Translations under genes and position numbers: made by a program | Origin: Trichodelitschia bisporula | Taxonomy: Eukaryota | Reading direction: 5' to 3' | Length of the DNA stretch: 64,000 bases | Assembly: GCA_010356995.1 (NCBI GenBank) | Contig: ML996694.1 | Location: 1,171,931-1,235,930 of the forward strand | Shown: in pieces, positions 11,554 to 24,426 of the stretch | Position numbering within the stretch: the stretch's first letter is position 1 | Layout of the letters: every line of letters starts with the position of its first letter | The notes under the pieces: model-generated | What the model was told of the DNA's origin: nothing | What the model saw: only the letters and a program-made list of their open reading frames with translations | The model's database searches: none

Positions 11554-12167
11554 TGCGCTGATGTTGGCTGGATGAATAGCCCCAGCCCTGCGGAAAACGC
11601 ACATTTGTCATTTGTCTGATAGTGTTCGAGTCATGCTGCTATATCACCAGTATACACAAGATGAAGAATGCAAGTCAGATGGGTTCTATATACGCCCCAG
11701 TAGCGATGCTGCCACCTAGCCACGGCAGGCGTGGCAGCCTCACCACCCCGCCGCCGACTTCTATATATCCGGAACCCGAATGCGCCATGGTCTCGAGTAA
11801 TCGTGCGGCCAGCAACGAGACTACCGATCAGCGCGCCAGACTCTCCGCCGATGAACAAACCGCGAGCGCCGCGCCGACACGAAGCTCGTACCAAAACAAC
11901 GCGTGAATATTGTCAGGCGTTTCCAGCTCTCGGGGTAAATATATCAAAACAACGCTCAAACGGCCATCCCGGTGTTTTCAACTTCCTCCCTCTCAAGTCC
12001 ACGCTCGTGCAGGAACTGGAAAAGGCGACCAATCTCAGCGTCCCGCGCCGCCCGCTCAGCCTCAGCCTGCTCCCATGCCATCCGCGCCTCAGGTTCGTTG
12101 TATGCAAACGCACCCGGAAGGCCCAATACCCGAACGGCGGCGAGGACATCTGACCTGCAAGCAAGTG

Positions 12168-12716
12168 TCATGCAGCTGCGATGGCATCAGATGGAATGGC
12201 GTCTGTGGCACCTAATGTTATATCCTCAAGCCTAATCCACTCGTTGACTTGACGCCGCTGCAGGGACCTCAGCAGGCGTCGAAGTCCTCCATGGACTGCT
12301 TGTGATGCTAGGCAGATCCCGATGGGGAATAGATTGTACAGAAGGACAAGCGCTTGAGGTTCGGGTAGAAAGGACAGAAAGTCTGCCCGTATATAACGGT
12401 ACTGGCGCAGGATAATGAGTTTGGAGTTCGGGACAGCAGGCCTACCGTCGACTTCAACCCAAATCTTCGCGACACGGCCGCACCACTCAACGGCCTCCTC
12501 AGCGACGTTGCCATTCTCAACGCCAGTGAGCCGCCGCGACGAGGTGAAGCGATGCTGAACAGTACGGCGCGGAATGAACGGGTTGAAGTTTGGCGCAGAA
12601 GGCCTGCCTTCGACTTCAACCCGAATCTCCGCGACCCGGGCGCGCCATTCCATGGCCACCTCAACCACGCCATATTTCTTGCCGCAGGCGCAGTGCCAGA
12701 GGATCCAGTAGCACAT
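12168..12716 (-). CDS. Orphan ORF (182 aa) with internal duplication; may be a pseudogene
   Basis: Start context CAACCAAGATG, N-terminus MCYWILWHCACG, and two copies of an about 35-aa unit (..EWRARVAEIRVEVEGRP.. / ..EWCGRVAKIWVEVDGRP..). Confidence 0.3.
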   Translation of the reverse strand: MCYWILWHCACGKKYGVVEVAMEWRARVAEIRVEVEGRPSAPNFNPFIPRRTVQHRFTSSRRLTGVENGNVAEEAVEWCGRVAKIWVEVDGRPAVPNSKLIILRQYRYIRADFLSFLPEPQALVLLYNLFPIGICLASQAVHGGLRRLLRSLQRRQVNEWIRLEDITLGATDAIPSDAIAAA

Positions 12717-15700
12717 CTTGGTTGCTGAGGAGATGAGCGGTGAACAGGGTGAATACGAGGACTGACTTACTGAGTCTACTGACGAAGTTTTGATATGTCG
12801 TACAGACGAGGAACGGATTTCAGGCTATATGAAGAAGCAGCACTGTTGGAGTACTCGACGTCCAACGAGTTAGAGCGTGGATGACGGTCAGTTGGCCAGT
12901 TGAAGGATGTATGTTGATGATGTTTCCCGAAGGACGGGTCAATTCTTGTCCCTTGGTTTGAAAGCACTGGAGCAAGAACGTGGATCTGAGCCTGGAATAG
13001 GCCTCGTAGTTGGCAACAACCCGTTGCTATCTCGCTTGACGACTTACACCTTACGAAAGATGAGATCATCAGGAAAAATGGGGCCGTTTGGAATCATTGT
13101 GACGGCGATTCGTTTGCGGAGTTTGATGGTGGTTAGTGAGCCAGGAGAGGGAGGATAGAACTCTGCAGGTCCGACCTCCGTCCCGGCTCAGGCGAACTTG
13201 TGAAATGATGGCCAGTATGCCATCTTGTGGTCACAGCCATCGCCAGCGGCTGGGGTCCAAATAGTCTTCTCGCCGAGCACGGCACTGTGCGTGAAGTCGT
13301 GGGTCGGGGACATATAGCACAAGCTGTTCATGCTGCCCGACGGCCCGGAGCATCATTAAGAAATGCTTTGTGGCCTGCTATACGATGGCTGGGCCATCAA
13401 CCCGGAGCAGCAGTATATCACGGCGTCAAGACACGGCGTAGAGAGAGAGACTGCAAATGAGGGGGTTGACGAAGCGAGCTGAATGCCTGGGAGAAGGGGA
13501 CGAGCAGGGACACGATGAGGTTTGATGAGACTTTGAAGATGTCGGCCGTTTGAAAGATGTTGAGTTTTATGGAAAGCGCGGCGTTGGCCACTGCAGCAGA
13601 TGTCCCCAAACCGATTCGCTGCGAGTGGATTTCATCGAATCCGCGAAGGAGAAACGAGTGTCGCCGAATCTTGGCCTCCGTGATGACCGGGTCGTCATAG
13701 ACCATTTGAACCATGGCTTGGCCGAAGTACGTGACCTTGGCAAAGACTGACTTGACCATCGTCTGCAGGCCGTGACCGCATGAACGGCTCCGTGAGCGGC
13801 GCGCTCAGCCTCGATCTCATGATACGCAAGGTTGGCCTCCAGATCCTGGGTGTCAGGGCGCGGACCAAGGACGCGGAGCATACCAGCCACGGTCTTTCTG
13901 GGAGGTCAGCTGGGCTGGAGGGTGACGATACGGGATGAAGACTGGCCTTGAAGAAATGGGACAGCAGTGTTGCTATTGTAGTCAACACGCCCAACCGCGA
14001 GGTTGGAAGAGCTGTTGTTACAGGGCAAGGCAGCACCCGCGGTAGGATCTGCATGTGGTTCTCATGCAGACATGATATCAAACGCCAATCTCTCCGAGCC
14101 GAGCAGTACGAGTCTCGGTCTGAGGGAGTTTATCGATAGTGAGGCATTTCGACCTGACGACTTCTACGATGCTGTCAGAAAATGCACACATTTGCTCAGA
14201 AATGGAAAATACTGACATATCAGAGTGGAAAGGAGTTAAGGAGAAGCCTTTCACATGATGATATATGCCACCGATAGTGCATGATGTTTGAATGATGCAG
14301 TGTGGTTGGGGTGGGGATATATGAGCCCAGGTACGAGCAAGCCTGGTCCCAAGGCCAGCAGAGGAGAGGCTAGAGCTTGATTTGGAAACCGTTGCCAAGG
14401 CAGGACGGGTAGCGGAAGCTCAGAGCTATATACTGGAGCAATGGTATTAGCAGGAACAGGTGGAGGGAGATGACAGGGACATAATGCTCAAGTTGATTAT
14501 GAAAAAATCTTCAAAGTTGAGATGTGAAGAAGGACGTGGACGCCGCAGCAGTACATTGTTGCTGAAGAGTGTTTGAAGTGGTGCTTGCTCCACTGCAGTG
14601 AAGTCTAAATATAGACGGGAGCACTGGCGGGTTAGTAGGAGCTGGTGAGAAAGATAAAATGGACTGACTGCTCAAGTTCATCATGAGAAAATCTTCAAAC
14701 CTGATTCAAAGAAGAACTTGAATGATGAACCATCACTGAGAGCTGTTGAGAGATGATGAATGATGATTCTGGGTGGTTGAGTTGAATTGAGAGATGATTT
14801 GGTTGGTGGGATGTTGGTGGGATGAGAAGTGGAGATGGTGACGACCGGCTTTCGACCTGTCTGTGGGAAACGCTAAGCGAATGGTGCTAGTCCAATTGCG
14901 GAGCTGACTGCCTTGCGAGCATAGAGTTGGTGCCTCATGAGGCTGGGAGGGGGGGGTGAGGGTGTGGGGTTTGCTCTGTCTGGGTTCTGGTAGCACTGGA
15001 ATCTACTTCCTTGCACTCTCGAGTGGTCTTCTATCAGTATAATTCCTCCTTGAAAGGCCTTTGAACTAATCGTTCCGGCCTCCTAGACGTCGACGGCTCA
15101 GCCAGTACGATTCCTATAGCCCCGCACAGAGCCCTTGCGCTCGACACCTCAGTGAGTTGCACACCCCTCTCCATCTCTAACATGAATAGGATTACGGTAC
15201 GGCCGACGCCAGAAGCCCATCCTCATTGCGAGTAGGGGCGTCAGACCTTGATCTCGCAATCCTTCCGCTTCCAGTCCAGGCCGTAGTTCACCACAAAGCC
15301 GCGACAAACTGCCTTGGGTGCACCACTGACCCAGAGCCTACCTGCAGGCTTCAAGCACACACTCGAAGCAATGTCGCTCAGACAAAGCTCAGCCAGCCGC
15401 TGCAACACTCACAAAGACACTGCCTACATCAGCGCCTTCCTATCCGCCCTGGAAGCGAAGCTCCTGCAACAGGAGGCGCCCACCTTGCTCAAAACAGAGA
15501 ATTAGCTCCCAGTCAAGCCCTTCAAGACACACAACCGAGCCCACTTCGTGCGCAAGTCACCCAACTCCGCGACAGAGAGACGAACGCCGCGATAGCCTAT
15601 CAACCGGCAAATACTGAGAGAGAGGCAATACTTGGTGGAGGGAGGAGGGAAGGAAGGGAAAGAAGAAGAAAGACATGCTGGCACAGTCCTTCTGCAGAGC

Positions 15701-15973
15701 TGCGACGGCAGGGAGGAGGATTCAGCATCGCTGCCCTCACAAGCAAAGGGCCACCAGTGGGTACTGGTGAGTGGGTGAGTTTAAGCATAGAAGAAGTTTC
15801 CAGATATGGCCTCATATAAAGCTTTGGAAGCGGAGCGCCTAGACAAACATTAGCACGTAGGCTCGCAAGTGAAGATGATGCGTACTCATATATGCCAGTT
15901 CTATACTGTGCGCGCCGAGGGTGGCGATCATCGGCAGCAACTGCGAAGAAGTAGTCCATCACAAGCTGCAAAT

Positions 15974-17722
15974 TCAGGGTGGGCGACGTTCGGTTGCTGA
16001 TGTCGGCATTGTCGTGGTTGTTGTCGTGGGCCTTGCGGCCCCCCTCGAAGGATCTTGCGTCGCCCTAACTGGAGGGCTCATCTGATCCCCATGATGCCTT
16101 CGAGCGGCAGGCTCATGAACCCCGGTGAGCGGATCATAGTCCCGCAGGCTGAGAAGCGCCATGTCACTTAGCGACTTTGGTAAGGACTGTTCCGTGAGGG
16201 GCGCGAGCCCCCCGAAGCCAGTAATTGAGTAAGGAGTTGAATCGTTGCCGCGGTGCAACGAAAACTCCGCTTCACTGTCCGACTGTAGACGAAATGCGTA
16301 ACATCAGCCTCGCGCTGAGGCCACTCCCTGCCGAAGACGAGCTCACCAGCACGGTCTGGTGAGCCACAGACTTGGGCTGAAGCAAGATTTTCTTGGCCAT
16401 CTTTTGGTGCTCAGCTTCCTTTGCTCGCGATGAGGGTTAGTGTGGAAGAGCAACTTCTGGCGAGCCTGCATCTGATTCTGACGGCCCTCCATAGCTTCGA
16501 GCTTGGCCTTGATCTGGTCCTGCCGCTCGCTGCTCCACTACATCGCCGCCGCGCCTCGCGGATGCGCCGAACGGCATTACCGCCAACCGCAATCGGCTTG
16601 TCCACCGGCCGTGCCGGCTTTCACCGGGTTGAGCCAGGTAACCCGGTGGGTCGATGTGCTGAGCCGAAGGCCTTTGGCCTCGGCCCCCCCCCTTGGCCGT
16701 GTCACGAAGATTCAGCAACTGGTCGGAGACCTCCTTCAGAGGTCTGCATGAGGAAGTCCGAAGTGTTCTCCCCTTGGCTTGTAAGCAGTTGACGATTGCA
16801 AAAAGGACTGACGAACCTTGACTTCCATGTCATCAACTCCTCAAACTCTGAGGAAGAGTTGCAAGACTTCGTCCGCAGCAGCGGACTTGGTCGATTTTCA
16901 TCTGCCAGGAGGAACCGTCCCATGGCGGCTGCTTGAACCGACGAGGTCCCAGAAGTGGGGGCGTGCGTTCTTGCAGTACTGCTTGTTGTCGCCACCAAAG
17001 AACTCTACGTCATTGTTGGTCTGCAGCCAGTTTCATATAGGCCCATCGCGAGCGCTTCTTCTTCACGCACAGCAGAATTAGCGGTATTCATCAATGAGTG
17101 TTAACTGACTTACCATTTGGGTCCCGAGAAGGACACGCCCCAGTTGAACACCGTTAACACCATTATAGTCAACGGCATATAATACGCCGTGCGTCGCGGT
17201 AGTAGCGAATCAGGTGCTTGTGAAACATAAAGGTTGCTACGGCAGTGACCTGGCCAGTGGTGAATTCGAGCTTCTCAAGCGGACCACCCCAGCCAACCAC
17301 CTTGACAGTGGCTCCTTTGGGATGTTCAAGACGCCAGTATATAGGCTCTTAAAAAGAGAAATATAACAGTAAGATCGATCAGAATCGTGGTGTACGATAT
17401 CTGGGGGGCATGAGTGATTAGTTCTGAAAGATGAAGGTGTTTGTAAAAACTGTGTGAGTAAAAAGAGTCAGAATTTTGAACTTGAGTGCTCTATTGTGAC
17501 CTCCATTCTTGGCAGAAGGGGTCGCACCTTCTCACTATGGAGTTCCAATGGGAAAATAGTTACCTCAGGTGTGGTCGTGAGGCTGTGTTGCTCCTTCTGT
17601 ATTAGTGTAGGTATGACGCGTTCTCCCAGAGCAACTGCGGCTTGGGATCCGAAGAAGCTCCAAGATGGCGGGAGGGCAGGCACCCCCACAATGTGTATGT
17701 ATACATATTCATCTGCCACCAC
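15974..17722 (-). pseudogene. Probable decayed gene relic of unknown family
   Basis: Broken minus-strand frames with protein-like pieces (QDQIKAKLEAMEGRQNQMQARQKLL), a GTAAGT donor at 17113 and a GCTAAT branch site at 17082-17077. Multiple stops. Confidence 0.25.
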
Positions 17723-18148
17723 AGTTGATGCATTTCTTAGAATCCTGAAGGATTGCTTAACCAGTGAGCGAGACCATCCGTTATGGGTAAGTGAGGATAT
17801 TACTGCCTGCAGGCCGTTTGCACAAGATCTGACTTCAACAATGAGGCTTTGAGCATTCTCAAGAGTTATTTTGTCAAGGCATGATCCTACACAGGGCGAT
17901 GGTAGTTGTTGGGAACTGTGTCCTGATTCGTGCTATTTACAGACATCTTGGTAGGTTGAAGAGGCAGTCACCGCCGTCAATTAACGGCATCACCAATTCC
18001 AGGGGAAGCATGCCAGGGCATCAAGCATGTAGATATGGGATGTAGTCTAGCATTATTGAGAAGTGCGGAGCTTATCGCACACACACTATGAAAATACAGA
18101 ACAGGTCAACACTTATGCAACCTGACTACGCAAGACATTACTCCGTCA

Positions 18149-20638
18149 CTACTGTAACCGACGATTCCTCTTCCGCCTCAAGGAAGCTCCAGTCCCCTCT
18201 GTCCCACCCAGATCCACAGCGCCTGGCGCAGCACGCTTCTTGCCCTGAAAGGGTGTAGCAGGCGCTACAAGAAGGGCAAAAGTGCCGCCCATGACTGGAC
18301 GAGCAGTAAAGAGAACGCCGGGGAAACTGGAGAATGGTTAGAAGACGCAAAGGAAAAGATAGGAGTGACGGCGATGGTGATGATAATTAGAGGGAGAACT
18401 TACTCGCCAGTGATCGTGTCGTAGAGATCCGTCAAGGGACGGTTCGTTGGAGTGGTGCTGATCCAGGCGGCCAAGTCACTTATGAACATGTCCCGGGTGC
18501 TGGGTGGGCAGGTCGCTGCAGTGAACATTTCCCAGTCGCCTGCCAGGTACCAGCGGGGTTAGCTAATCCTCAGGGACGATGCAGAAGGTATTCCCAGTCA
18601 AACTCACCTTTCGTCCAAGTGTGTCTCGTGTCCAAGGCAACACCATACTTATTGCGCACCGTCGGATAAAAGTCGCACTGCATCTTGTACACCTCCTGCG
18701 GCACCAACCCCAACTTCAACTCCTGATCGCACCACAGATTATACAGCAGCCCATGGCTGTCATTATTACCATAGTTCAACGTCGTGTGCGGCGGATTCGC
18801 ATCGCGCGCAATCCCCAGCTGCTGCCACTGAGCAATGTAGCTCTTCGCCGTTGAGCTGTACCGCGCCGCATCATCTGCATTGCCTGTGAGCTTCGCGATC
18901 TCGCCCATGGCGCCGATGCCTATGATCCCCTTGAGCGCAAGGTTCGTCTGGTTCTGCAGTCTCCCTGCGAAGTCGTCGGTCGAGAGCTGATTTGCTGGGA
19001 TTAGGGAATCGTCGATCAAGAATCCTGCCCACTGCTGCAGGATCTTGTAGTGCTGCTTCAGGTAGTTGATGTCGTTTGCACGCTGCGCGTACGCCAGAGT
19101 CATGATTAGCATGTTCCCGCACTCTTCGACGGGCATGGACTCGTCGCTGCCGTCGGAATGGCCGGTGGCGTTGGGGAAGTGGGAGCCTAGGTCGTGGATC
19201 GACCAGCGGTTCGGATAATGGCCTGACTCCTGGTTCTCGAACAGCGGGTCTAGCATCAGCCGTAGGAGATCCGGGTTGGTGTACAGGATAATAGGGTGCA
19301 GGGGGAAGACTACGTCCACGGTCTGCGTGTTTCCGTTGGAGGAAATCTCCTTCATGAACAGGTACGTCTTGTCCTTGTTCCCGACCAGCTCTGTCGCACC
19401 AAAGGCCTGCCGAACTGACAGAGAGGTGATAGCCAGATAATTCATGCCTCCCGCCGCGATTGAGTCCGCCGCCACCTTACGGTCCAGATCCGTCGAGATG
19501 GACTGCATGTTGGTGAAGTCGTTGTGGAAGAAATCGAGCTACACCTGTCAGTAAAGTCGCACACAAACATCAGGACAACTCACAGCCTCGAGCTCGTCGG
19601 CGAAGTAATTCGTCCACAACGGCGGCAACGAGACCAGGCCCTGCGCACCGAGGAACTGCACCGCCTGCCGCTGGGTCAAGCCGATTGTAAAGCGCGCATT
19701 AAACGCCTGACTCCCAACATTGCCGATATTATGCGAGAAAGCAAACACAGGCCACCGGTCGTTAACCGCGCGGAACTGAGTATCGAAGGTCCCGTTGAGA
19801 ATGCCGCGGTCCTTGAACATGCCGCGCACAACCGAGTCTTGTCCAACGGCTTGCGTAAGCAGACGCCCGTGGTCGGAGGCGTAGAAGATGCTGCCCCAGT
19901 CGGCCATGCCATTGCCGTCCGGCTCATCGCTCTCGGAAAAGGCTATCTGGTCGCGCCGGGATACTTTGTAGTACGCGGTGTGTCTAGTGTCGTCCTGAGA
20001 CCACTCGACTATGGCGTCCTGTTCACCAGCGGCCCATTCTAAGCCCTTGTCAGTTGTGCTCAGCGTGTGATGGCGCGCCGCGTAAGCTTACCGGCGGAGA
20101 TATCGGTGTACAACTTCACATCGTGGGTCTTTCCGTCAATCGAGCTAACGTCGACAGTCATGTAGGAGAACTCCAAGCTCTGGCGCTTCAGATCCAGCGG
20201 CGTGACGGGCGACAAGAAGGTAACGATCAGCTGCACCTTCTTCTCGATTATGAAGGTGAAGATGCTCTGCGTCGACGTGTAGATGAAGGATACCTGATCC
20301 GCATTTGGCGCACCCGGATTTCCCATCCACTGGTATACAGTGCCATCGACGCGGATCATGCCCGACCAGGCAGTGGTTTTGCCCCTGCTCATATCAGCCT
20401 TGTGCCCTTCCTTATCCAGATCGTCCTATGAGGCTGAAGAAACCTACGTCCAATGAACGGGCCACTGCCCCGCAAGGTATCCTCCACTCCCTCCATCACT
20501 CCCAACGCTCAACCAGGTGCTCAGATAGGGCGACTTGACCGCAAGCGGAATGGCAGGCGGGCGGGCAGGCGAGAAGAGCGACGCAGCGGCCGCATAACCA
20601 ACAGCACACGCCGCAGCAACGACACTCAGGAGCTTCAT
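18149..20638 (-). CDS. gtaA: Secreted glutaminase GtaA family protein
   Basis: Signal peptide, then PARPPAIPLAVKSPYLSTW, FMKEISSNGNTQTVDV, MPVEECGNM, QLSTDDFAG, NQTNLALKGIIGI, GVALDTRHTWTKGDWE and FTARPVMGGTFALL. Exons 20638-20448, 20384-20092, 20038-19584, 19538-18608, 18539-18404 and 18326-18149 splice in frame. Confidence 0.92.
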
Positions 20639-20974
20639 ATCTGCGTTCAGCGCTCCGGGGACCTAAGTACAAGTAACCGGGGCACTGTGCGGGGGAACCG
20701 GTTGAAAAAGAAACAGGCAACGGCACAGACTGAACAGCAGAACGGTACGCTATTAAAGAGCGGCACGGCAAACCTTGTGGGAACCAAAAGAGCGAGGTAG
20801 GTTGCCTAAAGATTTAACTCCGCAAACGCTGACATTCACACGCCTGCCTGCTGGTGAGTGTCGCACGCAACGAATATTCACCACATGGTCGCGTCCCGGT
20901 GACGCCGCGGGGTGCGAAGCCGTCTTATACGTTCCAACACTCTTATGCCAGCGGGAGCTAGCAGTGGGCCGGTG

Positions 20975-21007
20975 GATAAGGATTGGGGGCAGGGTGCGGG
21001 GGATAAG
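20975..21007. promoter_or_regulatory. Paired GATAAG sites plus an SYGGRG site upstream of gtaA (candidate AreA/CreA sites)
   Basis: GATAAG at 20975 and 21002 and GCGGGG at 20996, about 350 bp upstream of the ATG. The motifs are short and could be chance. Confidence 0.3.
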
Positions 21008-22514
21008 ATCTATATGGCAAATTGATCATGGGTGTCTAGGTCGCCTTGTATGGGTCCAGAAGGCTGGGACGGCGTGAAGATGGGACAACGCAGAGCAAGG
21101 TGAGGGGGGGAGCGACGAGTGACTGTCCTTCGCCTTGAGGGCGATATGAGGGTGTCTCGGGCAGGGTCGCATGCAGAGTCGCCGGTCGGGGCGAGTGGGT
21201 CCGGCGAGATCGGTACCTGAATTCATATTGCACGACGTGTATATAAGTGGTGGATCCAAGGGGGTCCTGTGGGCGTCAGCGCTGACGGCACAACCGCGGA
21301 GCGATGGGGAGCCGCCGCGACACGCTGACGACGCGTAGCAGACGGCCTGGAATGGAAGCAAGGTGAAAAGCATCACATACCGGCCTTAACCCATCCATCA
21401 CCCATCTCTCCAACAAGATCACTCGCCATCAAACCTGAATCTCAACTCGGGACACCTGATATCCGCCCCCGGACCAACCATATCGTCCCCGGACGCGCAA
21501 TCTACCCCAACCAAAGGGGCCTTCCTTCGTCGTCAAATCAACCCTACGGCCACCTCACCAAACCCAACCCGGCGCGTGGAAGTTCCCCACCGCATCTGCA
21601 GCAAAAGCGCACAACACCAAACGCCTGGCACGACATCGTCACTCCTCCTTCCCAAACGGGACGCCCGCACAAATCCTCAAGAGCAAAGGTAAAGGTGAAG
21701 TCCTCACCCCGGGCACGCGCGCAAGCCACGCGCCCCGGCCCCACGGCTCGCCCCGCTCATGCGCTGCAAACGCGCGGAGCCGCAGGGCGGCGATCCAAGG
21801 GCCGGGGGTTGCCGAAGGCGGGGGGCGGAGTTTGCTATGGCCGCGCTGGCGTAGAGTGGCGATCATCACGGCGCGGCGGACCAGTATTTATCTAGCACTG
21901 CAGCCCAGCATAGAGATGAGAACTCCAAACGAAATTTCCATTCTCGTCTCGCTGGCCCTCAGAAGTTCCGGTTCTGCTATCTTTACTATGGGAGAGACTG
22001 CGTTCGCCGGCTGCTGCTCGTTCTTGTACCCGTACCACAACCCCACCGGCCTGTTGGAAACCCCACTTTCCCGTGCCACGATAGCGTGGGCCAGCGGAAC
22101 ACCAGACTCGTCCTCGCACCACGCGCGTCATACACGGGCACCGCGCGCCGAGCGCAGCGAGGTGGTTGTGCCAGTTGAAAAAGGGCCAGCGTACCGCTAT
22201 TACGTTGTGATGTCTAGAAAGAGGGCAGCTCAAAGCGGTAGGTATCACGGCCTTGCTTCGAGAGACTCGCGATGCCTGAAGCATATGCAGTAAACTGTGA
22301 TCGAAGAAACCGTTGATATGAATGATTCGAGGTCCCAGTCCGCAGTGATTCCTTGACTAAGATCACGTTCAGTATCACACCGCACCATCAGCGCAGAACA
22401 AAGGGTAAGCAATCATGCCGTGCTTGTATCACGTGTAGTATCTCGATAGAGCCCATCCCAATGCATGCAGCTCACAAATCCCCCGCTCTACTCCCCAAAC
22501 GCCGTTCCGCCGCT

Positions 22515-23546
22515 CTACAACACTGTCCCAAACCCAAACGTCGTCTTGATACTCCGCACATAATACTCCCCCCAGTTCCTCCGCGTAACCTCCTCCTGCC
22601 CGACAGGCACGCCCTCCCAATCAACCCGCATCACAGTAACCGCATCCACATTGTTCTGCTCAAAGCGGATCTTGAGCGTGCTGTAGTGCCCAGCAGGCCA
22701 CTGCGCCAGGCGCCAGCTCTGCACGAGCGACACGGGCTTATCGAGTTCAAGGAACTCCCCGCTAACATTCCCGCCGAACAGCTCAAACTTGCCCCCCGGC
22801 TTCGCGCCCTCGAACACCTTGGGCGGTGCGCGTGTAAACGCAGCCAACCGGCCTGGGTCCGTGAATGTAGTGAACAGCTCCTCGGCCGTGGTGCGGAACT
22901 CCTCGCTGTCCGTCAGTGTGGTGACATTGACGCGCGCGCCGGGTTTGCCGGCCGTGGTCGGCTGTGCCACCGGCTTCGGGTCCTTATTCAGGCTGCTACT
23001 GCTGATGAGGCGCGGGGTGGAAAAGCCAGAGGACGGATCCGAACCGGGCGCATGCTGGATGTCCTTAGCGTTTTCAGCGATAAGGGCAGGGCCAAGCTTT
23101 GGTAGCATCTCGCGCAATTGCGGGATGATCTTCGAGATGACGAGGTTTCTGATGGGTGTTTTGGCATCGGTTTCGGAATAGAGATCAGTGTTGAACTGTG
23201 CTGTTAGACTTAATGTGGTGAGGGAGAGGGGAGGGCATACGGTGTACTCATCCACCTGGGTATCGTACGCTACTTCCGGTATCGTGATCGTCCCGCTTGC
23301 CTCGATGTCCTCACCAATCTTGCCTGAGAACTCGAGCTGCAGCTTGACGTCGTAGATGGCGATGACCTTGCCCTTGCGCTGGCTAACGTCTACGTCGCCG
23401 TCCATGCTGAGCACCTTGTCTATCTTAGCGGAGGCATCGCCCTCTGTCGCCGACACGCCGGACAGTTCCTTATCCAGCCAGTCCTTGGCCCAGGGGGCGG
23501 CGTCTTTGCTGACCCAGTGCCAGTTGTTGGGGTTGTGGAGGACCAT
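22515..23546 (-). CDS. AHA1: Hsp90 ATPase activator Aha1
   Basis: Diagnostic N-terminus MVLHNPNNWHWVSKD, DGDVDVSQRKGK, and a C-terminal AHSA1 domain ending WGEYYVRSIKTTFGFG. One 45-nt intron at 23240-23196. Confidence 0.95.
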   Translation of the reverse strand: MVLHNPNNWHWVSKDAAPWAKDWLDKELSGVSATEGDASAKIDKVLSMDGDVDVSQRKGKVIAIYDVKLQLEFSGKIGEDIEASGTITIPEVAYDTQVDEYTVCPPLSLTTLSLTAQFNTDLYSETDAKTPIRNLVISKIIPQLREMLPKLGPALIAENAKDIQHAPGSDPSSGFSTPRLISSSSLNKDPKPVAQPTTAGKPGARVNVTTLTDSEEFRTTAEELFTTFTDPGRLAAFTRAPPKVFEGAKPGGKFELFGGNVSGEFLELDKPVSLVQSWRLAQWPAGHYSTLKIRFEQNNVDAVTVMRVDWEGVPVGQEEVTRRNWGEYYVRSIKTTFGFGTVL

Positions 23547-23923
23547 AGTGAGTGTTTGCTTGCGCCGTTGTTAGCAGGGTTCAGGCTGGTGTGTGAAAAA
23601 GTGTGAGGGGTAGTAGTGATCAGAGGGAGCATTGAATGCAAAGCTTATCCGCACAAAAAGAGTACAAGTCTTCTCAGACTGGTGCCAGCTAGAATTCTCA
23701 TCATAGAGGGGGGAGCCGAGAGGGGCCGGGGAGAGCAAACAGAAAGCGACATACCTTTTAGAATCAAACGATGCCGAATGCCGTCGACAGAGCGCCAGTT
23801 AAGACGTCGAAGAGAACAGCAATGCAAACGAGAAAATGCAGAGTCGGATTAGCGACGTGGTGCTAGTTAAAGGTGAAGAAGCCCACGACAAGTGGTTGCT
23901 TGTCGAGGGGCATGGGCGCTGAC

Positions 23924-23938
23924 AGAAGCTTCTCGATT
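23924..23938. promoter_or_regulatory. Candidate heat-shock element upstream of AHA1
   Basis: aGAAgcTTCtcGAtt matches nGAAnnTTCnnGAAn with one mismatch, about 380 bp upstream of an Hsp90 co-chaperone gene. Confidence 0.5.
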
Positions 23939-24426
23939 TGCGGGCAAGCCTGCAGCCCGCAAATTCCCAGCCTCAACGTTTGTCGGCTAACCGAGATCTG
24001 TCCGATCTAACAACCATCCGCCCGGCCATTGCTGCAGTCATTCTCTCAGCCATTGCAGCACAATCGCACACTGCAGGGGAGAATGGGTGTGAAATGCGAG
24101 TGCTCTCCTTAAGTACACAATTTTTTCAGTGCAATTTTAGCCCGCGCTCGAGCCATGTATCCATGGCTGACCGCTTTTTGCGGTTAGCATCGTTCAGTGA
24201 CATCCGTTTCTCCGCCGTACATTATATACAAAGGTGGAGTATAGGAAGAGCAAAGGTAGAGTATCTTCACCGTAGAAATAGGTACATACGGCGTCCTCCA
24301 CCAGCGTGGGAATCATTACAGGTCCATATCTCCTCAATCGTCCTGCCTTTTCCAGCCCAAAACGCCTGCAAATGCAGTGGTATCCGCAAACACCGGCCAG
24401 CCAAAAATACCCATCCAGTCCGAAAA

